A stretch of 64,000 nucleotides of DNA from Octopus vulgaris (GCA_951406725.2 OX597821.1:1860001-1924000); one strand, 5' to 3'. Shown: positions 43,333 to 57,926, numbered from the stretch's first letter. Program-made: numbers and translations. The notes: generated by a model not told the origin, from the sequence alone.

Positions 43333-44339
43333 GTGTATATGTGTGCATATGTGTGTATGTGTTTGTGTGTTTATATCTGTGTGTATTTGTCTGCACTCAA
43401 ACTTTACAGAACCTGTTTACGTAACTTAGCAAATCGTCAAATACCACTGATCAAATCAGTACCGGATTTAAGAACTAAATACTGCGGTCGATTTGTTCGT
43501 CACGAATAATCTAGAGTTGTACCCCAGCATGGCCGCAGTGTAAAGACTGAGACAATCAAAACGTAAAAGACCGTTATCTACCCTTCTATCGGACAGTGGT
43601 CTTGAGTAAGAAACGGTAACCATAATGAAATATAAATGGACTGAAACATACTTTTACAGGTAATTGGAAGCATAAAGCTATAAATAATTATTTACAAGCA
43701 ACGTTATTTGTTATTGAGAACACCATCTCAGCAAGCCTCAGGCAATGCAGTCGCATTTGTATTACACATTGCAAAGATTCTACAAGCCAAAGTCTCAACA
43801 ATTCGTTGTAATTTTGGGACGGTTCCAGTGATCTTGAGGGAATCGGCAAGATTACATCGACACCAGAGCTCAAGTAATATTGATTTTTGAGACCCTGAAA
43901 GGACTTAAAACAAAGTTAACCCCAGTGGAATTTGAAACCCGCCATTGCGGGCTGGTTGTGGAGTTCAGAGGATCACTTTGTACACCACATAATTTCAGGC
44001 TCAGTTCAACTGTGTGGCACTTTGAGCAAGTCTTTCAAACTATTCCCTGGACCGACCAATGCATTATGAACCTATTTGGAATCAATTTGGAATACAGACA
44101 TTGTGTGGAATCTCTATACTTATACGTGTACCTTTAAATAACGGTAGCAGTACCTTCTACGGAACAATGACTAAAACTTACGTCAACCAGTTCACTTCGC
44201 GGATCGTGATGAAACTGCACTGACAACAATTCAGGGTTGCAACGGGAACATGTGCAGTTGCTGCAGCGGAAACACTGTAAGTCATTGTAATATGCTATAT
44301 ATAACTATGAAAGAAATATGGTGGATGTGCAAGCCTCCA

Positions 44340-45067
44340 TACTCTATATTATTGATCACTCCTACCCACCTTCTCCTTCCCAGTTCATCGTCACCCCTCC
44401 ATCGTAGCCCACCCCACACCTACACATTCCACCCCACCTTCATTATCTTTCCTTATCCCACCCCACCGTATCCCTTACACCTTCTCCCACAGACTCCACC
44501 TCTACCCCCACCTTCTGCCTACTCACATACCCCAACTTTACCCCACCCTCAGCCTAACCCACACCCACCCTGGCTTTTCCCACTCTCGCCTCCCCAACCT
44601 CTCAACATCCTCACACCACACCACACATCACTACACCATACACCACCATGCAATACGTCACATCACAGCACACCACCATGCACACATCAGCACTGACTAC
44701 TTTCTAGACCCACCTACACATAAACACACCTACACGTCAAGATCACCAGCCCTCTTCCACACGCACGTACAAACTCTCATATACACACACACGCGAACCT
44801 TGATTTTGTGATCACCACCAGTTTATTATCTCCCCTTCTCACTAGCTCTGCTGTGTGACCTTTCTGTCCATCATTCGCCATGATAGGTCGCTAGCCAATA
44901 CACATTTTTTATTTTCTCTCCTTGTTTCATTCTGTGTTCCTTTCTGTGGAAGAGCGTAGGCTCGAAACGTTAAAGACTTTTTCACTTCCCGAGCGTTAAA
45001 CTAATACATCTGTTTGTTGTCTACACCAACTGTCCTCGTCTTTTGCTTTTATTTTGCGAATTCTCCC

Positions 45068-45070
<3 letters not shown>
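44340..45070 (+). mobile_element. C/A-rich Penelope-like 3' end with variant minimal hammerhead
   Basis: About 500 bp of strongly C/A-biased sequence, then CTTT-CTGTGGA-a-GAGC-gtag-GCTC-GAAA-cg-TT-AAAG (44940-44975), ending at a TA tract. Confidence 0.6.
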
Positions 45071-45146
<76 letters not shown>

Positions 45147-45461
45147 GTTTGTGTCTTTGTGTTTGCGTTTGTCTCCCAACCACTCAACATCTGGTGTTAA
45201 GTTTACATCCTCATAACATAGCCGTTAAACAGAAAATATATAAAATAAAAGAAGAACAAGGTCTTGGGTCAATTTGTTCGACCAAACCCTTCTAGGTTTT
45301 GCTCCAGCATGGCCGCCGTCCAATAAATGAAACAATATCAGAGAAAGAAAGAGAAACATTACTTTGTAGCAAACACATATAAATCAATCAGGTATCGATA
45401 GCATGAAATCCTTTCTATCAATAATATTCTTATTGATAGCGCTATTAGAATATAGTAAAGA

Positions 45462-45995
45462 CGGCGATTTGGCAGAAAGGTTAGCACATTGGGCGTAGCC
45501 GTATTTCGTCTGGCGTTACGTTGTGGGTTCAAATTCCGCTCCAGGTCGACTTTGATTTTCATCCTTTAGGTGTCGATTAAATATGTACCAGTTACGCACT
45601 GGGGTCGATGTAATCCGTTTGTCTGTCCTTGTTTATCCCCTCTATGTTTAGCTCCTTGTAGGTTGTGAAGAAATAAGTATTTCGTCTGTCTTTACGGTCT
45701 GAGTTCAAATTCCGCTGAGCTCGACTTTATCTTTCATCCATTCGGGAGTCGATAAAATAAGTTACAGTTGAACACTGGCGCAAAAGGCGGTAGCTGGCAG
45801 AATCATTAGAATGCGGGTCAAAATGCTTAACGGCATGTCGTCCGTCTTAAACGATCTGAGTTCAAATTTCGCCGAGATCGAACTTGTCTTTCATCCTTTC
45901 GGGAACGCTAAAATAAGTACTAGCAGAGTACTGAGGTCGATGTAATCAATTTATCTCGTCCCCAAAATTGCTGGCCTTGTCTTAAAATTTCAAAC
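45462..45995 (+). mobile_element. SINE family B cluster
   Basis: A dimeric copy followed by another head at about 45785. Confidence 0.78.
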
Positions 45996-46138
45996 CATCT
46001 TTAGAAATTGGAATTATATAGTTATGTTCCAGACTTATTTGTAGTTAAGAAGCCACAAGCCTCAGTATCCTTCACCTATATTCAATCATGTTATGCGGCA
46101 TCGGATCCTACGGTTGTTATTGCTTTTATCGTCGTGAA

Positions 46139-46520
46139 GGCGACGAGCTGGCAGAAACGTTAGCGCGCCGGGCGAAATGCTTAGCAGTATTTCGTCTGCC
46201 GCTACGTTCTGAGTTCAAATTCCACCGAGGTCGACTTTGTCTTTCATCCTTTCGGGGTCGATTAAATAAGTACCAGTTACGCACTGGGGTCGATATAATC
46301 GACTTTGTCCGTTTGTCTGTCCTTGTTTGTCCTCTCTGTGTTTAGCCCCTTGTGGGTAGTAAAGAAATAGGTATTTCGCCCGTCGCTACGTTCAGACTTC
46401 AAAATTCCGCCGACGTCTGTTTTGCCTTTTATTCTTTCAGGGTCGATAAATTAAGTACCAGTTACGCACTGGGGTCGATATAATCGACTATTTCCCTTTC
46501 CCCAAATTTGAAGCCTTTTT
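46139..46520 (+). mobile_element. SINE family B (dimeric)
   Basis: Near-consensus head and two modules. Confidence 0.85.
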
Positions 46521-46819
46521 GCATAATTGCCCACTTGCACTGGTGTATCTGCCATATTGTTCACATCTTCATTCATAAATGGGAAAGAAAATTAAAAAAC
46601 AGGTAACAACATGTTCAACAATTTCAGGTAACAACAATCTAACAATTCAGTAAATAACAAGCTTGACAATAACATTACTCAGATGGAGCATATACACTTC
46701 AAACTCAACTCACTCAAATACAACATTAATGACAACACCAGCGTCCTCTCAACGATTAGCCAGAGATGATTTTTAAAATGAGAGTATCTGAAATAAACTC
46801 AACTACTCTCACAAACGGG

Positions 46820-47068
46820 TATACTAAAAATGAACCTGACCGCTCTCAATGTGAAAAACAAAACAGGAAAAATTATCCAGAATCCCCGGGACCGGATCGA
46901 TTGCAAAATATACTCCGTTCGTGCCAGTCCCGAGGACAAACATCCCTGAAAGTTTCATCCAAATCCATACGGTAGTTCTTGAGATATCTTCTCCAAGGAC
47001 AAACAGGTAAATAAACAAACACGACTGAAAACAATACCTCACCCTTCTCTAAGGTGGAGGAAATAACA
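46820..47068 (+). mobile_element. Helitron/Helentron-type non-autonomous element end
   Basis: aagtttcatccaaatcc...gagatatc...acaaac repeats...aacaatacctc, and a terminal GC hairpin ending ggtggaggaaataa. Recognised by motif resemblance only. Confidence 0.45.
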
Positions 47069-47077
47069 ATAATCTTC

Positions 47078-47258
47078 CGTACTAAAGACACAGGGCCTAA
47101 AAATTTTGGGGGTCGGTTAGTCAATTACATTGACCCTCCTGAAAAGTTGAGTGACTAAGTTGACCTCGGCAGAATTTGGACTCAGGATGTAAGAACGGAC
47201 AAAATGCTGCTAAGCATCATGCCCGACGTGATATACGATTTTACTAGCGCGTCGCCTT

Positions 47259-47329
<71 letters not shown>

Positions 47330-47812
47330 TTCCGTTCTACTATAGGCACAAGGCCTAAAATTTGGTGAGAGGGGATAGTCGATTACACGGACCCTAAAAC
47401 ACAGTTTTTACTTATTTTATCGATCCAAAGTGTGAAAGATAAAGTCGACCTCAGCGGAACTTGAACTCAGAACGTAAAGACGGACAAAATGCCGCTAAGC
47501 ATATAGTCTGGCGTGATACTGATTCTTCCAGCTCGCCGCCTAAATAATAATAATATTAGTAATAATAATAATAATAATTAAAGTAATAATAGTAGTAATA
47601 ATAATAATTAAAGACATAAAGTTTGAAATTTTGGCGGTGGAGACTAGTCGATTACATCGACCATAATGTTTCAATGGCACTTCACAAACCCGAAAGGATG
47701 AAAGGTAAATTCGACCCCAGCGGACTTTGAATTCAGAATGTAAGAGCGAAGAAATGCCGCTTAGTAATTTTACCCGGCGTGTTAGTAATTATGCCAGTTC
47801 GCCGCCGCCGCC
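47078..47812 (-). mobile_element. Three degenerate SINE family B monomers separated by (TAA)n
   Basis: Copies at about 47078-47258, 47330-47541 and 47620-47812. Confidence 0.75.
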
Positions 47813-48341
47813 GCCTTAGAATCATCATCTCGATAATAATACAGAATCATCATTTGCAGCTGTTTCAGATTCTACTCGAAAGCCAATTATTTGTAACTAT
47901 CATAAATAACGAAGTGGTTGACACTTTCATTACTCCAGGAAGTACAGAAAAGTTTTTATTCGCACCTCTTTTACCATTAATATGAAATTTCCTGTTAAAT
48001 CTACATCTTGTATAATTACAATGGCTTCTTCGGCACACAGCGTTGTAGTTAGAGGTTTTACGATTTATTAACAGTAATATATATGATAATATTAAATTTC
48101 CAACAATTGATGAACACGTGTAACATTGTTGTTAAGATAAGGTTTTATATCGGAGATATACGTGCCTGGCAAGCGATTTGATCTCAGACTACGTTGGAAG
48201 TAAAACAATTAGAGCTGGGAAAACATATATTAGCCGTTCAAAAACGAGTTAAATTTCTTATCGTCATTTAAACACTTCATATTTGGTGCCAAAGTTTTCG
48301 TGCACCAATTGCGCTCTCCGGACCCTTCCTTTCTTCTCCTT

Positions 48342-48364
48342 CTGATGAAGAGACATGCTCGAAA
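48342..48364 (+). ncRNA. Hammerhead core relic
   Basis: CTGATGA-a-GAG-acatg-CTC-GAAA after a pyrimidine tract. Helices I and III are not recoverable. Confidence 0.45.
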
Positions 48365-48463
48365 CCTTATTCTCACAAAAACTTGTTTCTATCTCATACT
48401 GAGCACCAAGTTAATATATTCCATGTGTACGTACTTTTGACTTTTATTGTTTTGTTATTTTTA

Positions 48464-48532
<69 letters not shown>

Positions 48533-48900
48533 ATATATATATATATGTGTGTATTTAAACACGTTCATCACATGTATGTATGTATGTATGTATGTATGTA
48601 TGTATGTATGTATGAATGGATGGATAGATGGATGAATGGATAGATGGATGGATGGATGGATGGATGAGGATACGTATGTAATGCAGTGCAAAATTTGTTG
48701 TTGTAATTTTCACATTGCGATGCACCCGCGATGAACTTACATTTTACACATTCCAGGAACAAAAGCCAGTCCAAATATCCATTGACATTTCAGAAAATCC
48801 GTTGGTCTAATATGCCCAACTAATTTTCTTTGATGACATTTCTCTAAGCTCGTACGTACATGTCTAAGTACATCACTTTGCTGGCAAATGGTATATATTA

Positions 48901-51197
48901 CACTGGGCAACCAAAAAATATTTGTCTGCTATCCAGATAAATGGTGCTGTACTAAACTACATCGATATGCTGATTACGAATCTGAACTCAGAATTGCTGT
49001 AGCACGTCAGGATTTCGAGTTTTGCTTAGAATTATATATTAGAGATGCAGCACGGAATTTTGTTATGTATTAATACTGTATTAGAACCAAGAATAGTTAA
49101 GTTCAAGCTAAATAATTATTATAATAGTGTATTAGTACTCTATATAGTATATTTATGTTCAAGGCAAGTAATAGTATATTTATGTTAAGGGAATACTCAC
49201 TTTACTTTTGATATGCTCAGCTCAGAAATGTTTGAGAGACTTGCTCTAGCGCTTATGCGTCGTGTTGGTATCCCTTTGTAGGAACGATCAGTAGTCACCC
49301 ATCATGTGTGGATTGAACCGGGGCCTTGATAGCTCGTTTCTATCTCAGATATGTTCTGGTGGAACCTCTCACCATGTTCATCACTAAAGGCACCAGCATT
49401 CGAGATGAGAATGCAAGGAGTACATTTTAAGGGACATTCAGTATCCCATACCATCTTACGCTGTTAGTATGTTTATTAAATCGGCATAGCTTTCAGCTCT
49501 ATCATTTTCAAGAAAGTTCTGACGGCATGAATCCCATGCCGTCAGCTCAATTGGATTCAGTTTACCTCTGAATTTGCTATCAGATATCAATTCTCTGATC
49601 TCGGGTCCAATGAAAATGGCTGTTTTCAGTTTTGCATCTCTTTTCTCTGCTTCAAATTTTACTTTTAGGTACTGGAAGCCACAACCATCGTGTGTCATTG
49701 CTTTTACGAAGTTTTTCATGAGGCCGATTTTGATGTGAAGTGGTGGAGAAAGATCTTTTACGAGTATACCAGTGGCATATGCTGCATATTGTACCAACCA
49801 ACTATGCGCTCATCTCTTTTAGGTCAGTCTTTTACAGTATAAGGATTGCTGTCATCGTGGTTGCTCCAAACACACCAGAGGCTCATAATTTTTGTATATC
49901 CCAGCTGCAGTCCCAGGAGGATAGAAGACACACCTTTAAATCACCACAAATATTCCACTTATGAACGGAGTAATTAACTCCTTTCAAAATGAGTTCCATC
50001 GATTCATAAGTTTCTTCCATACCGACAACATGGCCTACAGAAATGGAAGGTTTTACATTCCCATTATATGACAACACAGCTTTGAGGCTAACCTTAATCG
50101 AGTCTATAAACAATCTCCATTCGTTAGCCACATGCATGTGTTCTAGTTTTTGCACGAGTGCAGTACAGAAGCAAGCATTCTTTTCTTACTTGGAAAAGAC
50201 AGATAAGCCTTTATGGCGAGCACAGAAACTGGACAATTTCGTACCTTGCGCTGTTGTAGTCTGGATCCCAAAACTTCTGTCGTCTCCTTTGGCAATGCTA
50301 GGTCTCTTACTAAATCGATCAAACCTTGGTTAAAGAAGCCTGGCTCATTTTTCTTAGAATCAACTACGTACTCTTCGTCGATAGGAGAGTCAGTAGGGGG
50401 GGGGGTCATCGTGCGACGTGTCAAGATTTTCAAGTGAAGCATGTGGAACCGGTTTTAGAGCCGACTTACAATCTGCATTCACAATTTTTGCTTTGGTCTT
50501 CTTTGAAAAACCACTAATATTAGTCATGCAAAATATCAATCATGATTGGCTGGCTCATGCCATACCGTTGGTACAGCAAAAGGTATTCACTTCCGCTTTC
50601 CATTCAGCCACTGTGTAAGCCCTGAGTAACACACTGTGCAGCATTTATGAGGTGCCCATTTCTTGCTTTCGTCCCCAATTTTACACTTGAAATAATATTC
50701 ATAGGCAGTTTTTAATTTCGTGGCAATTTTCTTCTGCTGGTCACACAGAGCAAATTTTCCACAGACATAACAACAATTGTCTGAATGGTTCACACAGCCT
50801 CTTCTATTCATGAACTAACACAATGAACATAGTTAAAACAGTAATCATGCAGAACGAGAGATACACATACCACACTTGACAGTAGCACAAATGACACTGA
50901 GAGTTACCAAGAACAAATGGACGAATTTGGTACTACACACAATACGCCAGCGCCATCTGGTTAGGGTTAGGGTTCTGATCGTTTGTGTTATTTCTTTCAT
51001 TTTGAATTAAGACTGCTTTCATTTTAGCAAATTTTATAATGCGGCCTATATCTAGCCGGAATTTTAGTTATAGTCTTGCGCATAACTCAAATTTCTGACC
51101 TGCTAGAACATTTCTGAGTGCGGATTCGGAATCAGCTTCCTCGATTTAGTCTAAAACACTGCTTTTTTCCCAGTAGCAAAATCTTTGTTGTCCAGTG
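48901..51197 (-). mobile_element. Chapaev3-like DNA transposon, full length, decayed transposase
   Basis: CACTGG...CCAGTG termini, TTA duplicated on both sides, and ~120-bp imperfect TIRs. Minus-strand fragments CYVCG, WAPHKCC, DLVRDL, WRLFIDS, ICGDLKV, PPLHIKIGLMKNFVKA and SDEHGERFHQ. Confidence 0.8.
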
Positions 51198-51239
51198 TTA
51201 TCGTATTATGTTCCACTGGGAATAAGGCCGTAGTAAATA

Positions 51240-52141
51240 TACATACATACAAACATACATACATACATACATACATACATACATACATACATACATACGT
51301 ACATACATACATACATATACATACATACATACATTCATACATACATAAAATACATACATACATACATACATAACATACATACATACATACATACATACAT
51401 TCATACATACATACATACATACATACATACATACATACATTCATACATATATAACATACATACATACATACATACATACATACATTCATACATACATACA
51501 TACATACATACATACATTCATACATACATAACATACATACATACATACATACATACATACATACATACATACATACAAACATACATACACACACACATAC
51601 ATACATACATACATACATTCATACATACATACATACATACATACATACATTCAAACATACATACATTCATACATACATACATATATACATACATACATGC
51701 ATACATACATACAAACATACATACACACACATACATACATACATACATACATACACACATTCATACATACACACATACATACATACATACATACATACAT
51801 ACATTCATACATACATAACATAATACATACATACATACATATATACATACATACATAACATACATACATACATACAAACATTCATACATACATACATTCA
51901 TACATACATACATACATACATACATACATAACATACATACATACATACATACATAACATACATACATACATACATACATTCATACATACATAACATACAT
52001 ACATACATACATACATATATACATACATACATAACATACATACATACATACATATATACATACATACATAACATACATACATACATACATACATACATAC
52101 ATACATTCATACATACATAACATACATACATACATACATAT

Positions 52142-52172
<31 letters not shown>

Positions 52173-52600
52173 CATACATACATACATACATACATACATA
52201 AATACATACAACATACATACATACATGCATACATATATATATACACACATACATACATACATACATACATACATAAATACATACATACATAAATACATAC
52301 ATACATACATACATACATGCATGCATACATACATAAATACATACATACATACATACATGCATGCATACATACATGCATATATATATATACACACATACAT
52401 ACATACATACATACATAAATACATACATACATACACACACACATACATACATGCATACATACGTACATACATACATACATACATACATAAATATATACAT
52501 ACATACATACACACATACATACATACATACATACATACATACATACATACATACATACATACATACATACATACATACATACATACATACATACATACAT
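51240..52600. repeat. (CATA)n array, ~1.36 kb
   Basis: Long tetranucleotide array with recurring variants cattcata, cataa and catgcata. Confidence 0.95.
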
Positions 52601-55600
52601 AGAAGAGCGTAGGCACGAAAAATAAAAGACGATTCCATTTTTTCTGAGCGTCATATGAATAGGCCTTTTTTGTTGCTCCCTCACTTGTCTCTATCCTTTG
52701 TTTATTTGTTGTTGATTTTTTGTGTACAATAAGATTATCTATGAAATAAAACATCCAATATCAAGGCAAGCAATCTCCGTGTGTGTTACATAATTCTGTG
52801 TGTCGAAAGGCAATTTAGATGTGTTTTACATATGGATATAAGTTTAAGTTTCGTTCATTTACATCAAAACCTAACATAGTCAATCAATAAATGTAAATCG
52901 AAAAACAAAAGTTCCAGGCTAAGTACTAAAATCGATATAATCGACTAAATCCATTGATGGTGGTTTTCCCGGCATGAAACACATCCAAAAATCTGAAACT
53001 AGCAAACAACAAAAACGAAAGAATACACTATTTTAACCGAATTTCCACTTGGTACTTCGTTCCCTTTTCCTTTTTGTTTAAACTATTATAGTTTTAATTT
53101 TATATTTTGTGATGTATTTTTTCCCAAAACTGCTTTTATATGAAATATTATCGAATAGCAATTGACTGAGATGGATTTAATTTTTGAGACATCCTCTAAG
53201 ATATGAATTAGTGGAACTAACCGAAACATTACAGTGAATCTGAAATAATGATTTGGTGATTTCAGTTACTTCCTGATAATTCAATTCAGTCGAGTTCATA
53301 TGATTATAGAATCTAGTAAATCAGTAATAAAATTTGTTGGATGTCATATAGATTAACACTAAACATAACTGTCTACACTATGACACAAAATTTTAATCCT
53401 TTTTTCTGTTAGGCCAGTAAGTGTTATTTCCTTTTTGCTTCTATCTAGAATTCAAACGAAATGACTACTATTCCCTTTAAACTTTGCTTTTGTGACCTGG
53501 ACATCGATGCTTTGAAACTGACCTATTTTTCCATTACATGTTAGACAGAGTGATCACTGTATTGCTGAAGCAGAAATATTGTTTTAGCAAAAATTCTGCA
53601 CAGATTTACTTGTCAGCTGCTTCGCCTAAACATTTGAACATATCCGTTGGTGGCTGACAATATGTGCGTCTTTGATCATGAGCAGACGTAGTGGGGGAGC
53701 ATCATAGCCATCTGTGGTGAGGGGTTCTTGGGATTTGAATAAATGTAGCAAAAACAAAATCTGAAGGAAATATTAGCCATTTTTAATACTTTCTAAGGGT
53801 CAGCAAACAAGAAAAAACAGTTGTTACCCAAGGACAAAAATCGTGTTATAAAGTGTCGTCGAATAACATTTATCAGAGCAACGTCCACTGCAGAAGAAGA
53901 ATGCAGTCATAAACAGGGAGATGACCATTATGTATTTATGGTCAATGTGACGTCTATCACAATGACCAGTGAACACCTAAGCGTATGAGAAGCTGGAGCT
54001 TTCGAAGCTTGCATACATTTCAACTCGGTAAGACCGGCTCTGTAAAGACTTACCCGGAAATAACAAAAAGACAAAAAACAACATCTAGAGAGCAACAATA
54101 GCAAGAATAACACAACGATAACAGCAACCGATAATAGTAAGGATATCAACTGTAAGTACTTTTTATGTTGTCTATACCGAGAAAGAGGTGCAGTGCTCTC
54201 GAAAATGCTCACTGATATTAATTAAGTTAGAGGCAATTTATATTCAGCTTGGCTTGGTATATTTCTGTTGCAGTATGGAACGCTTAAAGGAGAACAGAAG
54301 AAGAGAACAGGCAATCCGCAACCCTCTGGTGATCTACCTATTCTATCGTCTTACTACAGAACATTTATATAATTTTTCTCACATTCCTGACTCCTTCTGA
54401 ATGGATAATACTTATGCAAAAGTAAGGTCCGAAGAATGATTTTGGTATAGATTTTTCGTCAAGTCATTACTCCTTAAACAATATTCTGGTTCTGGAGAAT
54501 AGGAAACAAAAAGAAAACGTATTTGGGGATATGGCTCTCTCTAAGTAATATATGTGGCCACCGTGTATGAGTAGCAAATACTTTGGAGTTTTTGTATATT
54601 TGTATTTCTACATGATTACTGTGTAGAGTGGTTTTCTTTGATAACGAAAATCAACTAGTTGATAGATGTACTGATGCGGGACGGATCTATTGAACGTGTG
54701 TTGTAATATAAGCATTGGATGGCATGGACAAGAATCATTGTCTACGATTAGACTCTGAAGCAAAAAAAAAAACACTGACAGCAGAGTCCCTTTACATTCG
54801 AATTTATGCTAAATGATCAGATATGTAAGAAATGCATTTATATTTCAAGGGAAATTTGACAAGACAGTCAGTCGCCCGCTGACACTCGTTGACGCTACAT
54901 CGAAGAGGCCAGCAAACAGAAGAAAAAAGACATGCACCCAACACCAGAGCTGAAGACACCTCCGAAAGGGCGGGGGCCGCTACGTCAAAACGGTAGAGAA
55001 GTAGGGGCCGAAACCGGAGGTGGTTCCTCCTGATGATGTCTTGAGCTAACAGGATCCTATAAAAGAGCTGTTGTGGTAGAAGACCACGAAACACTGTTGA
55101 AATTCCTATGGAAGCCTACTTATAACAATTGTGTAGGAAGGGAAACAGAAAATCCCATGTTAAAGTTATAGGCCCACAATGCATATTAAAACATTTTGCA
55201 ACCTGGAAAGTCCAGTTCAGGTTAAATTTATGCTCTCAGATTTGCATCTCTGAAAGTTGTAAACTTGGAGATCGTAGGAGATATGATTCTGTGTAATACA
55301 ATAAAACTTTACAAAGTAATCGATATGATTCTTGCGTACTGCAGTATTTGGTGCAAACTCCCTGCTAAGAAGACGTTCCGTTATTTATCACTGCGTTTTT
55401 CACAAGCTGGTTTTCAAGTTCGAATTTTTGTAATATAGTAGATGATTGTACGAGCTAGTAAATATCAGGCAATCATATTAAGACCTGTTACAATTTTAGA
55501 CAAGTGAATCAATTATGGTTTGGCGTTCGTGTCAGAGATCTTTGTGTCTTGTTATAGAATTCTATAACACCTCTTGTCGTAGGCAGGTATTTTAAGTGAT

Positions 55601-56827
55601 AAATATATATAATCTCCTAGATTAATTAGCAGCTGAAATGCCCCAGGAAACAAATGAAAAACCTTCAATGCTATATTCGTTATAGCACCATTGCCAATAC
55701 CAAGAAATTATATACCATAAAAAAATTATTTGAAAACATGAACAAAAAACGATAAAATGACTTGTACGAATGAAAAGATTGTGTCAAACAGGAATGGAAC
55801 AGATTCAATAGAGCAAGGAAATATCACTGTCAGGTTTACAGAGGGGACACTTTGCAAACTGGATGATTGAAACTTCCAATTTCCAAATCTAATATATCCT
55901 GAGAATTATTCTATTTCGAAGAAATAACAGAGTAAAACTGAAGACATGCAGACAAGCAGAATGAACATGAAATCCAAGTTACTACTAGTTCCCTAAATAT
56001 ACAATGGTTTATGGGTTTATGAAACTCGCCATAAATACTTCACGTCTTTTACATGAATTGGAAGTATATAAATTTACTAGACAATTTGTTAGCTGGCTCG
56101 AAATACACGGACACTGAATGTATTTGCATATTTCAAAACATTGTTATGTCACTGACGCAGTAAAGCCAGAAATTTATAAGGGAGTAAAACGAGATTGTGT
56201 AACATTTTTATATTTCTCCAGGGCATAAACAGCTCAAGTGAAGCGAAATGTCTATTACTAGCGCTCATATTTCTACACATCGAATTTAGGTGGAACGTTG
56301 CAACAACTTTATTCCTCCCTTTAAACAGAATGACAGAAGAAGACTATATGGAAGTATTGAAATGAACAGCATCGACCGAGATTCAATCAGATTACGAAGC
56401 CATGTATCCATGGTTCGCATTCCTGCATTGGTTCAGCACTGTCTTCAGTAGATGGACATTCGTATGTTCTCATGTTTCCGTCAATCAAAAAATTAGCAAT
56501 ACAGCTTTGCACGAGGGGATCTGCGCATATTTATGCGTCTCTCTCTCACTATTCCTCCTGTGTCTCTTTGTCTGTTGGTCTGTCTTTGTCTGTCAGATTA
56601 GCAATCATTGCAATTTCAAACCTACTATAGAACGTCTTAACTTAGTATCCCTCGGTATGTCCGTTAAATGATTTCCTTTTATAAACTTTGCGTTGTATAA
56701 TGTAAGAGTTGTCCGTGATATTTCTGTTCGATTCCTGTTTGACACAATATATGTAGGCTTTTTCTACTCTCTACTCGTCTTCTCCTTTCCCTCCTCTTTT
56801 CTCTTTCTCCTCTTCTAAACAAAACAA

Positions 56828-56880
<53 letters not shown>

Positions 56881-56882
<2 letters not shown>

Positions 56883-57210
56883 GCGCAGGAGTGGCTGCGC
56901 TACAACCACATGCGTGGCATTGTCTTCTACTATAGCCTCGAGCCGACCAAGGCCTTGTGAGTGGATTTGGTAGACGGAAACTGGAAGAATCCCGTCGTAT
57001 ATGTATATATGTACATGTGTGTCTGTATATATTTGTGCGTCTGTTTGTTCCCCCAGCATCGCTGGTGTGTTTACGTTCCCGTAACTTTGCGGTTCGGCAA
57101 AAGATAACCTATAGAATAAGTATTAGGCTTACAAAGAATAAGCTCTGGGGTCGATTTGATTGACAATAAAGGCGGTGCTCCAGCATGGTCGCAATAAGAG
57201 TAAAAGAGTA
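56881..57210 (+). mobile_element. SINE family A with internal deletions
   Basis: gcgcaggagtggctg head, body and tail. Confidence 0.8.
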
Positions 57211-57654
57211 TATTTATATATCAGTTTTTCAATCCTAATATGTATATTTACAAACATGTTAATATGTATATAATGAGAGAAGACGAGGGAGAGAAAGAGC
57301 GATGCTTTCGAAAAAAATGTCTGAGTCAAGAATGATATCCTGAATTGTAATTAAATTTCAATGGGTTAGACACATCGATAACAATATAATTGAAAAGAAG
57401 CCTCTTTCTTTCTTGTCCCCTTTCTTTCTTGTTCTTCTTCCCGTCTTTCTGCTTTTCTCCAAAACACAAAATTCACATCTCGACGGTTATTTAGCATCAC
57501 CCACGCGTGTGTCAAAGTTTTTTTTTTCCTTGTCTCACTCGCTTCCTCTCACTGCTTTCTCCTCTCTTCCTTCCTCTTTTCTCTATCTCCTCTCTAAACA
57601 AGTCAAAGCAACATCCTCTTTTCAATTTATATATAAGTCGGAAGAAATTACATC

Positions 57655-57687
57655 TTGAAGAGTTCGACTGAACGGACGAAAGCGCTA
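57655..57687 (+). ncRNA. Degenerate minimal hammerhead motif
   Basis: TTGAAGA-GTTCG-actgaa-CGGAC-GAAA-GCGC-TA. The first core base is C-to-U and helix I is lost. Confidence 0.5.
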
Positions 57688-57720
57688 ATAAGAATTCTGG
57701 TTGCCTTATATATATATATA

Positions 57721-57917
57721 GTAAATCCTAAAAAGAACAAATACAAAAAAACAACAATGCAAGGACGTGGTACATGTAATTTATTAGCAGACGCTCATGA
57801 ATGGAAAGAAAGATGGTCTAACGTTTCGAGCGGACGCATTTCTTTGGAAACAGAGAGGAGTCCAATAGAAGGGAAGGCGGAGGAAGAAAATCGCCAGCGA
57901 TTCACATGTGGTTACAT
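57721..57917 (-). mobile_element. Older copy of the 9443-9647 family
   Basis: Same end-to-end layout between TA tracts. It retains gctcGAAAcgtt but has lost the CUGANGA strand. Confidence 0.65.
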
Positions 57918-57926
57918 TTAAATAAT

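Noticed and set aside
44250-44696. Proline/histidine-rich 148-aa ORF
   Set aside because: It is a by-product of a C/A-skewed low-complexity tract.
50959-50974. Telomeric TTAGGG repeats
   Set aside because: Only about two units inside a transposon, not an interstitial telomere.
53800-56700. Possible host exons or an old transposase in relatively unique sequence
   Set aside because: No recognisable motifs or sustained reading frame. Short exons cannot be excluded without RNA-seq.
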